Source: an uncultured Actinomycetes bacterium (GTDB lineage: Bacteria; Actinomycetota; UBA4738; HRBIN12). From it: a stretch of 64,000 nucleotides of DNA. Shown here piece by piece: positions 47,666-57,206 of the stretch. The translations under genes were made by a program, and so were the position numbers. Where the stretch lies: NCBI GenBank assembly GCA_963704725.1, contig OY969934.1:32001-96000 (forward strand), written 5' to 3'. Position 1 is the stretch's first letter. Each line of letters begins with the position of its first letter. The notes beneath the pieces were generated by a model that worked only from the letters and a program-made list of their open reading frames with translations, searched no databases and had not been told where the DNA came from.

Positions 47666-48581
47666 GCGCCGCTTCCGCGCGATGGGCACCGACGTCCACG
47701 TCGTGGTCGTGGGCGGCGCTGCGTCGCTCGGGGATCGGGCGGTCGGGCACATCGAGCGACTGGAGGAGCTGTGGAGCCGGTTCCGCCCCACCAGCGAGGT
47801 GAGCCGTCTGAACGCGATGGCCGGCCGGCCGGTGACCGTCTCGAGCGAGACCCTGACCCTGGTGATGCGAGCGCTCGAGGGCGCCCGCATCACGGCCGGC
47901 CGGTTCGACCCCACGGTCCTGGGGGCGGTCATCCGCGCCGGCTACGACCGCTCCTTCGAGCTGCTGGACGACGCCTCGCCGCCCGGCACCTCGCTCCTCG
48001 AGCTGGGGTGGGAGGCGATCCTCGTCGACGAGCGCGCCTCGACCGTCACGGTGCCACGGGGAGTCGGCTTCGACCCCGGGGGCATCGGCAAGGGCTACGC
48101 CGCCGACCTCGTCGTCGACGAGCTGCTCGCGGAGGGCGCGGCCGGCGCCTGCGTGAACGTCGGTGGTGACCTGCGGGCGGAGGGCGCCACCGAGGACGGG
48201 GAACCCTGGGCGTTCGCCATCGATCCCGAGCGCTCCGGGAACGAGATCGCCCTCGTGGGGATGTACGGGGGCGCGGTGGCGACGAGCACCCGGACCCGCC
48301 GGACGCTCGGCCCGGCCGCCGAGGGGCGGCACCACCTGATCGACCCGTCGACCGGAGATCCCGCGGCCGCGGGCGTCCGGTCCGCCAGCGTGGTTGCGGG
48401 TCGGGGGTGGCAGGCGGAGGTCGCCGCGAAGGCCGCGTTCGTGTCCGGCGTCAAGGACGGGACGGCGCTCCTGCACGCCTTCGGCCTGGACGGGGTGCTC
48501 GTGGACGACGACGGACGCCTGCACCCGACACCCGGCCTCGCCCGGTTCACCGGACCGCGGACCGTGGGAGCAACGCCGTGA
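47655..48581 (+). CDS. apbE: FAD:protein FMN transferase
   Basis: FRAMGT, SEVSRLN, GRFDPTV, DPGGIGKGYAAD, VNVGGD, ATS, HHLIDP; no signal peptide. Confidence 0.93.
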   Translation: MAAERRFRAMGTDVHVVVVGGAASLGDRAVGHIERLEELWSRFRPTSEVSRLNAMAGRPVTVSSETLTLVMRALEGARITAGRFDPTVLGAVIRAGYDRSFELLDDASPPGTSLLELGWEAILVDERASTVTVPRGVGFDPGGIGKGYAADLVVDELLAEGAAGACVNVGGDLRAEGATEDGEPWAFAIDPERSGNEIALVGMYGGAVATSTRTRRTLGPAAEGRHHLIDPSTGDPAAAGVRSASVVAGRGWQAEVAAKAAFVSGVKDGTALLHAFGLDGVLVDDDGRLHPTPGLARFTGPRTVGATP

Positions 48582-49147
48582 GCGGGCAGCTGCTCTGGTA
48601 CTCGGCCCGGGCGAGCGGCATCGTCGCCTGGTCGCTCGCCGCCGGCTCGGTGCTGTGGGGGCTCGTCCTGTCGACCGACGTGATGCGCCGCCGGTCCCGT
48701 CCCGGGTGGGTGCTCGACCTCCACCGGTTCCTGGGCGGTGCGGCCATGTCGTTCACCGGCCTGCACGTCCTGTCGGTCCTGCTCGACGGGTACGTCCACT
48801 TCGGTCTGGTGAACGTGCTCGTCCCGTTCACGGGCTCCTGGCACCCGGTCGCCGTGGCCTGGGGCATCGTGGGCTTCTACGCCCTGCTCGCGGTGGAGCT
48901 CACCTCGCTCGCCCGGCGTCACGTGCCGCACCGCCTGTGGCGGCGGGTCCACTTCGGCGGCTTCGCGGTGTTCGCCGCGACGACGGCCCACGCGCTCACG
49001 GTCGGCACCGACCGGGGGGTGCACGCCTACGTCCTGGTCGTGCTGGCGGTCACGACGGTGGCGGCCGCCATGACCGCGGCCCGCGTGGCGCGACGGCGGT
49101 CTCGCCGCCGGGTCCCGGCCGCGGTGCTCGGCACGCGTCCGGTCTAG
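48578..49147 (+). CDS. Ferric reductase-like (MsrQ-like) transmembrane cytochrome b
   Basis: W...RASG, LHRFL, LHVL, TS..R...WRRVH, AHAL..GTD: four His in TM helices; GTGA-coupled. Confidence 0.88.
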   Translation: MSGQLLWYSARASGIVAWSLAAGSVLWGLVLSTDVMRRRSRPGWVLDLHRFLGGAAMSFTGLHVLSVLLDGYVHFGLVNVLVPFTGSWHPVAVAWGIVGFYALLAVELTSLARRHVPHRLWRRVHFGGFAVFAATTAHALTVGTDRGVHAYVLVVLAVTTVAAAMTAARVARRRSRRRVPAAVLGTRPV

Positions 49148-49181
49148 CATTCGCGACGACCGCCACACGAAGGAGCCTCCC

Positions 49182-49754
49182 ATGGCCGAGTTCCATGTCC
49201 TGTCCGACGGTTACCTCTCCGACCACGACGACCGCGTGGGCTCGACGGTGAGCTTCGTCCGCGACGGCGAAGCGCTCGTGGTCGTCGATCCGGGCCTGGT
49301 GGCCTCGCGTCGCTCGATCCTCGATCCGCTCGCCGCCCTCGGGGTGGCGCCCGAGGCGATCACCGACGTCGTGATCTCCCACCACCATCCCGACCACACG
49401 CTGAACGTCGCGCTGTTCCCGAACGCGCGTCTGCACGACCACTGGGCGTGGTATCGCGACGATCTGTGGACGTCGCGACCGGCCGAGGGGTTCGAGATCT
49501 CCGGCGGCGTCCGGCTGATCGAGACGCCCGGCCACACCCCGCAGGACATCTCGACGCTCGTCGACACGGACGAGGGCCTCGTCGTCGCGACGCACCTGTG
49601 GTGGACGGCGACCGGCCCGGAGGAGGACCCCTACGCGCCCGACCCGGCTCTGGTCCACGAGAACCGGGCCCGGGTGCTCGCGCTCCCCGGCCTCGTCCGC
49701 ATCGTGCCGGGACACGGGCCGAGCTTCGTCCCCTCCGGGGACACGCCGGGCTGA
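49182..49754 (+). CDS. MBL-fold metallo-hydrolase
   Basis: VDPG, SHHHPDH, TPGHT, VPGHG; AGGAG RBS. Confidence 0.9.
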   Translation: MAEFHVLSDGYLSDHDDRVGSTVSFVRDGEALVVVDPGLVASRRSILDPLAALGVAPEAITDVVISHHHPDHTLNVALFPNARLHDHWAWYRDDLWTSRPAEGFEISGGVRLIETPGHTPQDISTLVDTDEGLVVATHLWWTATGPEEDPYAPDPALVHENRARVLALPGLVRIVPGHGPSFVPSGDTPG

Positions 49755-49757
49755 CGG

Positions 49758-50441
49758 CTACGAACCGGGTGCCCTGAGCGACGCGAGCGGGGGCCGTGCT
49801 CCCGCCGGCGCCGCGAGCCACCGCTCGAACGCCGACCGCACCGCCGGCCATTCGCGATCGAGCATCGAGAACCACGCCGTGTCGCGGTTGCGCCCCTTCA
49901 CGATCATGTGCTGGCGGAACACGCCCTCGAACGTGAACCCCAGGCGGAGCGCCGCGGCGCGGGAGCGCGCGTTCAGCGCATCGCACTTCCACTCGACCCG
50001 CCGGTACCCGAGCGCATCGAAAGCCTCGGCGAGCATCAGGGCGACCGCCTCCGTGTTCGCCTCCGTCCGCTGCGCCACCGGCGCGTGCCAGATGTGACCG
50101 AGCTCTATCCGGCGCATCGCCGTGTCCACGTTCAGGTAGCTCGTCATGCCGACGGGGCCGCGGCCGCTGCAGACGGCGTAGAACCGCGGATCCTCCGAGG
50201 GCGCGATCGACGCGATCCACGCGCGCATCTCCTCGGCTCGGGCGAACGGTCCGTACGGCATGTACGTCCACAGCCGCGCCGCCTCGTCGCTTCCGTCGTG
50301 GGCGGCCCGCCACAGCGCGTCGCCATGCGCCTTCGCGTCGATGGGCTCGAGTCGCACGTAACGGCCCCGGAGCGTTCCCGGGCCCGGCCGGCGCGCCCGG
50401 CCTTCCTCGACGCGCTCTCCGACCTGCGGTTCCGTTCCCAT
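49758..50441 (-). CDS. RimJ/RimL-type GNAT acetyltransferase
   Basis: GRYVRLEP, IELGHIW, GYRRVEWKC.ALN..S..AA.RLGFTFEG.FR, KGRNRDT.W. Confidence 0.92.
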   Translation of the reverse strand: MGTEPQVGERVEEGRARRPGPGTLRGRYVRLEPIDAKAHGDALWRAAHDGSDEAARLWTYMPYGPFARAEEMRAWIASIAPSEDPRFYAVCSGRGPVGMTSYLNVDTAMRRIELGHIWHAPVAQRTEANTEAVALMLAEAFDALGYRRVEWKCDALNARSRAAALRLGFTFEGVFRQHMIVKGRNRDTAWFSMLDREWPAVRSAFERWLAAPAGARPPLASLRAPGS

Positions 50442-50524
50442 CCCGGCGAAGCATGCCACGGGGTTCCGGGTGCGCCGTCGTGGGTACCGCTTCAATCGTC
50501 GGCGGCACGAGGGAAGGAGACGCC

Positions 50525-50932
50525 ATGAGCGCGACCGACACGATGAAGTGGATGGGCAAGAGCGCCAGGAACCGGGCGAGCGCCGTGGGGCACTCGATGA
50601 AGGATCGGGCGCTGGAGAAGCGGCTGGAGCACCTGTCCGAGGAGGCCCACCGGCTGCGGTTGGAGAACGACGTGCTCCGCGACGAGGTCTCCGAGACGCG
50701 GCAGGAGCACCATCGCATCCTCGATGCGCTGGAGACACGCCTGTCGGAGCCGGAGGTCGAGGCGGGGGTCGAGAAGCGGAGGCACCGCGGGCGCTGGCTC
50801 CTGTTCGTGATGGCGCTCGGCGGCGGGGCCTTCGCGTGGATCCGGGCCCGCACCACGGGCGACGGGCAGGGCGAGTGGATGGGACGGGCGGACGTGCCGA
50901 CGGTCACGGAGACCGGAACGCCCACCATGTGA
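50525..50932 (+). CDS. Hypothetical coiled-coil protein with C-terminal TM
   Basis: AAGGAG RBS; heptad-like LEKRLEHL..EAHRLRLEN; RRHRGRW plus TM. Confidence 0.7.
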   Translation: MSATDTMKWMGKSARNRASAVGHSMKDRALEKRLEHLSEEAHRLRLENDVLRDEVSETRQEHHRILDALETRLSEPEVEAGVEKRRHRGRWLLFVMALGGGAFAWIRARTTGDGQGEWMGRADVPTVTETGTPTM

Positions 50933-50975
50933 CGGGCGCCTCGGCGGTTCCCGGCCTGGCGGCTATCCTCGCCGC

Positions 50976-51833
50976 ATGGCCCTGCTGGAGGTGCACGAGC
51001 CCGACGAGCCCCTGGTGGCCCCGGCCATCGTGGCCGCCTTCGACGGGTGGATCGACGCGGGCGGCGCCTCGACGGCCGCCGCCCAGCTCCTGAGCCGGGA
51101 CGCCGGACCGCTCGTCACCTTCGCCTGCGACCTGCTGTACGACTACCGTTCGCGCCGCCCCGTCCTGGACGTGGTCGACGGCACGCTGACGCAGCTCAGC
51201 TGGCCCGAGATCTCGATCAAGCGCTCCCGGATCGGGGCTCGCGACGTGCTCGTGCTGACCGGCGCCGAGCCGGACTTCCGCTGGCGCGAGCTCGGAGGCG
51301 ACCTCCTCGAGGCGTCGGTGCGCCTCGGCGTGGTCGAGTGGATCAGCCTGGGCGCGATCCCCGCGGCGGTGCCGCACACCCGGCCCGTTCCGATCCTGGC
51401 CACCGCCTCCGGGCCCGGCCTCCTCCATGCCGACGAGCAGGTCGGCCCCCAGGGACTCCTCCGAGTGCCCGCCGCGGCCATCTCCACGCTGGAGCACACG
51501 GTGGCCGGCAGCGGGATCCCGGCCGTCGGGTTCTTCGCGCAGGTCCCCCACTACGTCGGCGGCAACTACACGGGGGCCACGATCGCCATCCTCGAGCACA
51601 CCGCCCGCCATCTCGGCGTGGAGGTCCCGCTCGGCGACCTCCCCGACGAGGCGATGGCGCAGCGCGAGCGTCTCGACGCGGTCGTGGCGGCCGACGAGGA
51701 CTCGCGGACCTACGTGGCGCGGCTTGAGACCGCCGTCGACACGCAGCAGGTTCCCACCGGCGACGAGCTCGTGAGCGAGATCGAGCGGTTCCTGCAGCAG
51801 CGCGAGGGCGGCGGCCAGGCGCCGATGGCCTGA
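50976..51833 (+). CDS. PAC2 family protein
   Basis: AF.GW.DAG.A, DYR.RRP, G.EPD.RW, VPHTRP, QVPHY, EIERFL. Confidence 0.9.
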   Translation: MALLEVHEPDEPLVAPAIVAAFDGWIDAGGASTAAAQLLSRDAGPLVTFACDLLYDYRSRRPVLDVVDGTLTQLSWPEISIKRSRIGARDVLVLTGAEPDFRWRELGGDLLEASVRLGVVEWISLGAIPAAVPHTRPVPILATASGPGLLHADEQVGPQGLLRVPAAAISTLEHTVAGSGIPAVGFFAQVPHYVGGNYTGATIAILEHTARHLGVEVPLGDLPDEAMAQRERLDAVVAADEDSRTYVARLETAVDTQQVPTGDELVSEIERFLQQREGGGQAPMA

Positions 51834-51834
51834 C

Positions 51835-52497
51835 ATGGCCTCGCCACCACCGTCGGACCGGACCCGGGTCCGGCGCCACCCCGAGCGCGGCGCCTACGAC
51901 CGCGAGACGATCGACCAGGTCCTGGACGAGGCCCTGATCTGTCACCTGGCGTGGGTGGGACCCGACGGGGGTCCACGCGTGATCCCCACGATCCACGTCC
52001 GGGTCGGCGATCTCGTCTACGTCCACGGCTCCGAGGCCTCCCGCACGCTCCGGGCGCTCCGCACCGGCATCGAGTGCTGCCTCGAGGCCACGGTGATCGA
52101 CGGCATCGTGCTCGCGCGCTCGACGCCGCTGCACTCGCTGAACTACCGCTCCGTCGTCGTGTACGGGGTGGCGCGCGAGGTGACCGACCCGGACGAGATG
52201 GACCTCGCGCAGCGCGCGCTCGTCGAGCACGTCGTCCCCGGCCGGACCGCGGAGGTCCGGATGCCGAACGACAAGGAGCTGAAGGAGACCTCGATCCTGG
52301 CGATCACGCTCGACGAGGCCTCCGCCAAGGTCCGCACGGGCGACCCCAAGGACCCCGAGGAGGACCTCGACGCGCCGGTGTGGGCGGGGGTCCTGCCGCT
52401 CCGCCTTGCGACGGGGGACCCGGAGCCGGCGGCCACCCTCCGACCGGGGATCGCACCGCCCGCCTACCTCACGGGCTACCTGCGGTCTCGCCGCTGA
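51835..52497 (+). CDS. Pyridoxamine 5'-phosphate oxidase-like flavin-binding protein
   Basis: RR.PERG.YD, Y.HGS..SR, DG.VLARS...HS.NYRSVV, SAKVR.G, WAGV.P. Confidence 0.92.
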   Translation: MASPPPSDRTRVRRHPERGAYDRETIDQVLDEALICHLAWVGPDGGPRVIPTIHVRVGDLVYVHGSEASRTLRALRTGIECCLEATVIDGIVLARSTPLHSLNYRSVVVYGVAREVTDPDEMDLAQRALVEHVVPGRTAEVRMPNDKELKETSILAITLDEASAKVRTGDPKDPEEDLDAPVWAGVLPLRLATGDPEPAATLRPGIAPPAYLTGYLRSRR

Positions 52498-52541
52498 GGC
52501 CCTCAGGGGTCGTCGGGACGAGCCCGTAGGCTGGGTCGGCG

Positions 52542-53801
52542 ATGGACGGACCCGACCGACCGAACCTCCTTCGGAGCATCCGCACGATGCCGCCGCAGGC
52601 CTGGGTGCTGTTCGCGGGCTCGTTCGTCAACCGGCTCGGCACCTTCGTGCTCCCGTTCATGACCTTGTACCTGACCCGTACCGGGTACTCGGCCACCCAG
52701 GCGGGCGTGGCGATCGCCGCGTACGGGCTCGGCGGGCTCATCGCGATGATGGGCGGCGGGTTGATCGCGGACCGGATCGGGAGGCGGAACACGATCGCCA
52801 TCTCGATGTTCGGGGCGGCCGCCGTGACCGTGGCCCTGTGGCGCGCCGGATCGCTGGCCGAGATCTACCCCCTGATGTTCGTCCTCGCCGCGACGGCGGA
52901 GCTCTACCGGCCTGCCTCGGGCGCGCTGATCGCCGACCTGCTGCCGAGCGAGCGGCGCGTCACCGCGTTCACCCTGTACCGGCTCGCGGTGAACGTCGGC
53001 TGGGCGTGCGGACTGGCCATGGGCGGCTTCCTGATCGACCGGTCGTTCGCCTTCATGTTCCTGGGTGACGCCGCCACCTCCGCGGCCTTCGGCGCGATCG
53101 CGCTGGTCGCCCTCCCGCACGGACGGCGCACCGCGCGGCACCAGGAGACGCACCTTGTCTCCGCACGCCGCTCGATCCTGGCCGACCGCGGGTTCCTGCT
53201 GTTCCTCGGCGCCGTCCTCGTCACGGGGTCGGTCTACTCGCAGAACGTGGCGACCTTCCCGCTCCACATCCACCTGTCCGGACACCCGGCCTCGGTCTTC
53301 GGCCTGCTCCAGTCCCTGAACGGCGTCCTCGTCGTGCTGTTCGAGCTGCCCGTGATCGCGTGGTCGCAGCGACACGACCGGCTCCTCGTCGTCGCCGGGG
53401 GCGAGCTGCTCATCGGCCTGGGGTTCTTCTCGCTCCTGGTGGCGCACAGCGTCCCGGCGCTTGTGGCGATGGTGGTCGTGTGGTCGGCCGGCGAGATGCT
53501 CGAGTCCCCGGTCGCCTCGGCCATCGCGGCCGACCGGGCGCCGGGCCACGCGCGCGGCCGCTACCAGTCCGCGTACGGCTCGATGTTCGGCGCGGCCTGG
53601 ATGATCGGTCCCATCGTCGGCACCGCGGTGTTCGAGCACGGGGAGAGCACCTTGTGGGTGGGGTGCGGCGTCCTCGGGCTTGTCGCGGCGAGCCTGGCCG
53701 TCTTCGCCAGGCGCTTCCCCGTCCCCGTCCACGAGAACGCCCCGCCGCCGCCCACGGCCTCGCCGGTGGAGTCGGGGGCGCTTGACGCCCCCACCCCGTA
53801 G
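52542..53801 (+). CDS. MFS transporter (MdtH-like)
   Basis: G.IADRIGRR motif A, about 12 TM, AP...RGRY. Confidence 0.92.
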   Translation: MDGPDRPNLLRSIRTMPPQAWVLFAGSFVNRLGTFVLPFMTLYLTRTGYSATQAGVAIAAYGLGGLIAMMGGGLIADRIGRRNTIAISMFGAAAVTVALWRAGSLAEIYPLMFVLAATAELYRPASGALIADLLPSERRVTAFTLYRLAVNVGWACGLAMGGFLIDRSFAFMFLGDAATSAAFGAIALVALPHGRRTARHQETHLVSARRSILADRGFLLFLGAVLVTGSVYSQNVATFPLHIHLSGHPASVFGLLQSLNGVLVVLFELPVIAWSQRHDRLLVVAGGELLIGLGFFSLLVAHSVPALVAMVVVWSAGEMLESPVASAIAADRAPGHARGRYQSAYGSMFGAAWMIGPIVGTAVFEHGESTLWVGCGVLGLVAASLAVFARRFPVPVHENAPPPPTASPVESGALDAPTP

Positions 53802-53807
53802 CGGTTA

Positions 53808-53843
53808 GATATATCGAAGCGATATATGGAGCCGATATATCGA
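53808..53843. promoter_or_regulatory. Triple AT-rich palindromic repeat, candidate PadR operator
   Basis: GATATATCGA 53808, GATATATGGA 53821, GATATATCGA 53834 (13-bp period). Confidence 0.75.
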
Positions 53844-53911
53844 GGCGCAACACGCCGCTCCGGATACCGGCTCCCGCGGGCGGGTGGCCCGCGGCAGGAG
53901 AAGGGAACGAG

Positions 53912-54496
53912 ATGCTGGAGCTGGCGATCCTGGGGCTGCTCAAGGAGCGGTCCATGCACGGCTACCAGCTCTCGAAGCGCCTGACCGACACGCTCGGCGG
54001 GTTCTGGCGGGTCTCCTACGGCTCGCTGTACCCGTCGCTCAAGCGTCTGGAGCGCCACGGAGCGGTCGAGCAGGTCTTCGACGAGCAGGAGGTCGGCCGG
54101 CGCAAGAACGTCTACCGGATCACCGAGCCGGGCGAGGTGCTGTTCCGCGAGCTCCTCGAGGAGGCGGGCTCGGACGCGTCCGGTGAGGAGAACCGATTCC
54201 GCGTGCGGTTGGCGTTCTTCAAGTACCTCGCGCCGGAGTCGCGGATCCGGCTGCTGGAGCGACGCCGCGCGTTCCTCGAGGAACGGCTCGCCACGCTTCG
54301 GACCTCCCTGGCCGGTCACCACGACACGTACACGCTCTCGTTGGTGGAGCACGGCCGCGAGACCACCGAGCAGGACATCGCGTGGCTCACCGGCCTGATC
54401 GCGGCGGAGCGCCGGACCACCGAGACGATCACCACTGCGAACCATCCCAAGCGCCGGGCACAGCGGGCGCTTCGGAGGAAGGAGCGCGCCACATGA
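53912..54496 (+). CDS. PadR family regulator (Rv0047c-like, upstream of ino1)
   Basis: LELAILGLL....HGY.L, S.GSLYP.L.RL, VY.IT..G. Confidence 0.93.
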   Translation: MLELAILGLLKERSMHGYQLSKRLTDTLGGFWRVSYGSLYPSLKRLERHGAVEQVFDEQEVGRRKNVYRITEPGEVLFRELLEEAGSDASGEENRFRVRLAFFKYLAPESRIRLLERRRAFLEERLATLRTSLAGHHDTYTLSLVEHGRETTEQDIAWLTGLIAAERRTTETITTANHPKRRAQRALRRKERAT

Positions 54497-55632
54497 GCAA
54501 GGTCAGACTCGCGATCGTCGGCGTCGGGAACTGCGCCTCGTCGCTCGTGCAGGGCCTCGAGTACTACAAGGACGCGGACCCGAAGGACACGGTGCCCGGT
54601 CTGATGCACGTCGACCTCGGCGGCTACCACATCCGCGACGTGGAGATCGTGGTCGCGTTCGACGTCGACGCGAAGAAGGTCCACACGGACGTGTCGGACG
54701 CGATCGTCTCCGAGCCCAACAACACGATCCGGTTCGCCGACGTTCCGCACCTCGGTGTCGAGGTCCGTCGCGGGCCGACGCTCGACGGGCTCGGCCGGTA
54801 CTACCGCGAGACGATCGAGGAGTCCGACGCCCCGCCGGTCGATGTGGCGCAAGCGCTTCGGGACAGCGAGGCCGACGTGCTCGTCAGCTATCTCCCCGTC
54901 GGCTCGGAGGAGGCGGCCAAGCACTACGCGCAGGCCGCGATCGACGCCGGCGTGGCGCTCGTCAACTGCCTGCCGGTGTTCATCTCTTCGGACGAGACGT
55001 GGGCGCAGAAGTTCGTGGCCGCGGGCGTGCCGATCGTGGGCGACGACATCAAGAGCCAGGTCGGCGCGACGATCGTCCACCGCATCCTGACCAAGCTGTT
55101 CGAGGATCGCGGCGTGAAGCTCAACCGGACCTACCAGCTCAACTTCGGCGGCAACATGGACTTCATGAACATGCTCGAGCGCGACCGGCTCGCTTCGAAG
55201 AAGAAGTCGAAGACGCAGTCGGTGCAGTCGCAGATGCGCAAGCAGCTCGACGGACACGACATCCACATCGGCCCCTCCGACTACGTGCCGTGGCTCGACG
55301 ACCGCAAGTGGGCGCAGATCCGTCTCGAGGGGCAGAACTTCGGCGACGTGCCGCTGAACATCGAGCTGAAGCTCGAGGTGTGGGACAGCCCGAACTCGGC
55401 CGGCATCGTGATCGACGCGATCCGGTGCGCGAAGCTCGGGCTCGACCGTGGCGTGGCCGGCCCGCTCATCGGCCCCAGCGCCTACTTCATGAAGTCGCCA
55501 CCGGTGCAGTTCAGCGACGAGGCCGCCCGCGAGATGGTCGAGGAGTTCATCATCGGCAACGGCCAGAGCAAGGCCGCGGACTGGACCGCGTTCTTCGACG
55601 TCCATCCGGAGGAGGCAGACGCGTCGGCCTGA
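54493..55632 (+). CDS. ino1: Inositol-3-phosphate synthase
   Basis: [52 protein letters not shown]; ATGA-coupled. Confidence 0.97.
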   Translation: MSKVRLAIVGVGNCASSLVQGLEYYKDADPKDTVPGLMHVDLGGYHIRDVEIVVAFDVDAKKVHTDVSDAIVSEPNNTIRFADVPHLGVEVRRGPTLDGLGRYYRETIEESDAPPVDVAQALRDSEADVLVSYLPVGSEEAAKHYAQAAIDAGVALVNCLPVFISSDETWAQKFVAAGVPIVGDDIKSQVGATIVHRILTKLFEDRGVKLNRTYQLNFGGNMDFMNMLERDRLASKKKSKTQSVQSQMRKQLDGHDIHIGPSDYVPWLDDRKWAQIRLEGQNFGDVPLNIELKLEVWDSPNSAGIVIDAIRCAKLGLDRGVAGPLIGPSAYFMKSPPVQFSDEAAREMVEEFIIGNGQSKAADWTAFFDVHPEEADASA

Positions 55633-55714
55633 GGTCCGACGGCCGTTCCGCACACCCGGACCAGGGCCGATGGTCCCGATGCCGTCCAACCCCCTCTGAG
55701 AGACTGACGGCGCG

Positions 55715-56713
55715 ATGACCGTTCCCCCGCCACCTCGATTCGCCGACGACGACGAGTACGAGCGGTCGCTCCGCGACGCCGGGTTCTGGGCTCCGTACGC
55801 GCGGGCGGCGCTGCGCATGTCGGGCCTGGAGGACGACGGCGAGGTGCGGACTCATTTCCCCACGACCCACGTTGCGGCGTTCGTGGGCGATCGGTACGTC
55901 GTCAAGCTCCATCACGAGGACTGGTTCGGCGAGGATTGCTTCCAGACCGAGCGCGAGGCGTATCGGATGCTCGCCGACCGCGGCCTGCCCGTCCCCGAGC
56001 TGCTGGCCGAGGGCGCGCTGTACGACGAGGCGTGGCGGTGGCCCTTCCTCGTCACCACGGCGATGGGCGGACGCTCGTTGCGGGAGGCGGACGGCGGCGT
56101 GATGCCCGAGGATCGCCACCGCGTGGCCGGCTGGCTCGGGAAGGCCGTCCACGATCTCCACGGTGTTCCCATCCACGACGGCGAGCGCATCAGCCACGAG
56201 GTCTACTGCGACCTGATCCAGGTCCGGATGCAGCGGGCGCATCGCGACCACGAGCAGTGGGCCTCGCTCCCGGACCTGCTCGTCGGACAGATCCGCGACT
56301 ACCTGTGGAACGCCCGCTCCCTGATCGACCCGGAGCGCCAGAAGCCGGTGTTCCTACATGGCGATCTGCACGAGGGCAACGTGTTCGTCGACGGCGAACC
56401 CGGCACCCTCGAGCCGCACGGGATCGTCGACTTCGACGACGCCTACGAAGGGGACCCCCACTACGACCTCGTGGCGATCCACGCGAGGACGTTCGGCACG
56501 GACAAGGCGCTGCTCCGGGCGTTCCTGGAGGCCTACGGGTGGGGCGAGCTCGGCAAGCGGTGGCCCCGGCGGATGATGGCGCTCACCCTGGCGCACGACT
56601 TCGACATGGTCGGCCCGTTCGCCGACCGGATCCCCGCGGGCGTCGAGACGTTCGACGATCTCGCGACGCTGGTGTGGGACCTCGACGCGCCGGGGCTGCC
56701 GACCGCCGGTTGA
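55715..56713 (+). CDS. APH/choline-kinase-like phosphotransferase
   Basis: VVKL, E..AY, VP.LL..G, HGDLH..N, IVDF.D. Confidence 0.88.
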   Translation: MTVPPPPRFADDDEYERSLRDAGFWAPYARAALRMSGLEDDGEVRTHFPTTHVAAFVGDRYVVKLHHEDWFGEDCFQTEREAYRMLADRGLPVPELLAEGALYDEAWRWPFLVTTAMGGRSLREADGGVMPEDRHRVAGWLGKAVHDLHGVPIHDGERISHEVYCDLIQVRMQRAHRDHEQWASLPDLLVGQIRDYLWNARSLIDPERQKPVFLHGDLHEGNVFVDGEPGTLEPHGIVDFDDAYEGDPHYDLVAIHARTFGTDKALLRAFLEAYGWGELGKRWPRRMMALTLAHDFDMVGPFADRIPAGVETFDDLATLVWDLDAPGLPTAG

Positions 56714-56804
56714 GCCCGGCCGGTCAACTCACCGTCTCCTCTACCATCGTGGACCGGTGACGGCGCCACGCCCGGCGCCCGCCGACCCGACGGAAGGAGA
56801 GGCC

Positions 56805-57206
56805 ATGCGCACGTCCCGCCTGAACCCGCCCACCGTCGCGCCGCCGATCGGCAGCTACTCGCACGCCGTTCGCGTCGAGACGCAGGATGCGGTCTGGATC
56901 CACGTCTCCGGGCAGATCGCGCTCGACCCCGACGGGAACCTGTCCGGGCCGGGCGACCTGCCCGCCCAGACCGAACGGGTCTTCGAGAACCTAGCCAGTG
57001 TCCTGGAGGCGAACGGCGCGACCTTCGCCGACGTGGTGAAGATCCAGACCTACCTGACCACGCTCGACGGGCTTGCCGGCAGCCGGGAGGTCCGCGCCCG
57101 GTACCTGCCCGCCGAGCCCCCGGCGAGCACCGCGGTGCAGGTGGTGGCACTCCTGCACCCCGAGGCGCTGATCGAGGTCGACGTCGTCGCGGCGGTGCCG
57201 GCATGA
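56805..57206 (+). CDS. RidA family protein
   Basis: YSHAV, VSGQI, DVVK, PAST.V.V..L, IEVD; AAGGAG RBS. Confidence 0.9.
   Translation: MRTSRLNPPTVAPPIGSYSHAVRVETQDAVWIHVSGQIALDPDGNLSGPGDLPAQTERVFENLASVLEANGATFADVVKIQTYLTTLDGLAGSREVRARYLPAEPPASTAVQVVALLHPEALIEVDVVAAVPA

Noticed and set aside
55715-56713. Acquired aminoglycoside resistance gene
   Set aside because: No mobile element context, composition matches the chromosome, and family membership alone does not give substrate
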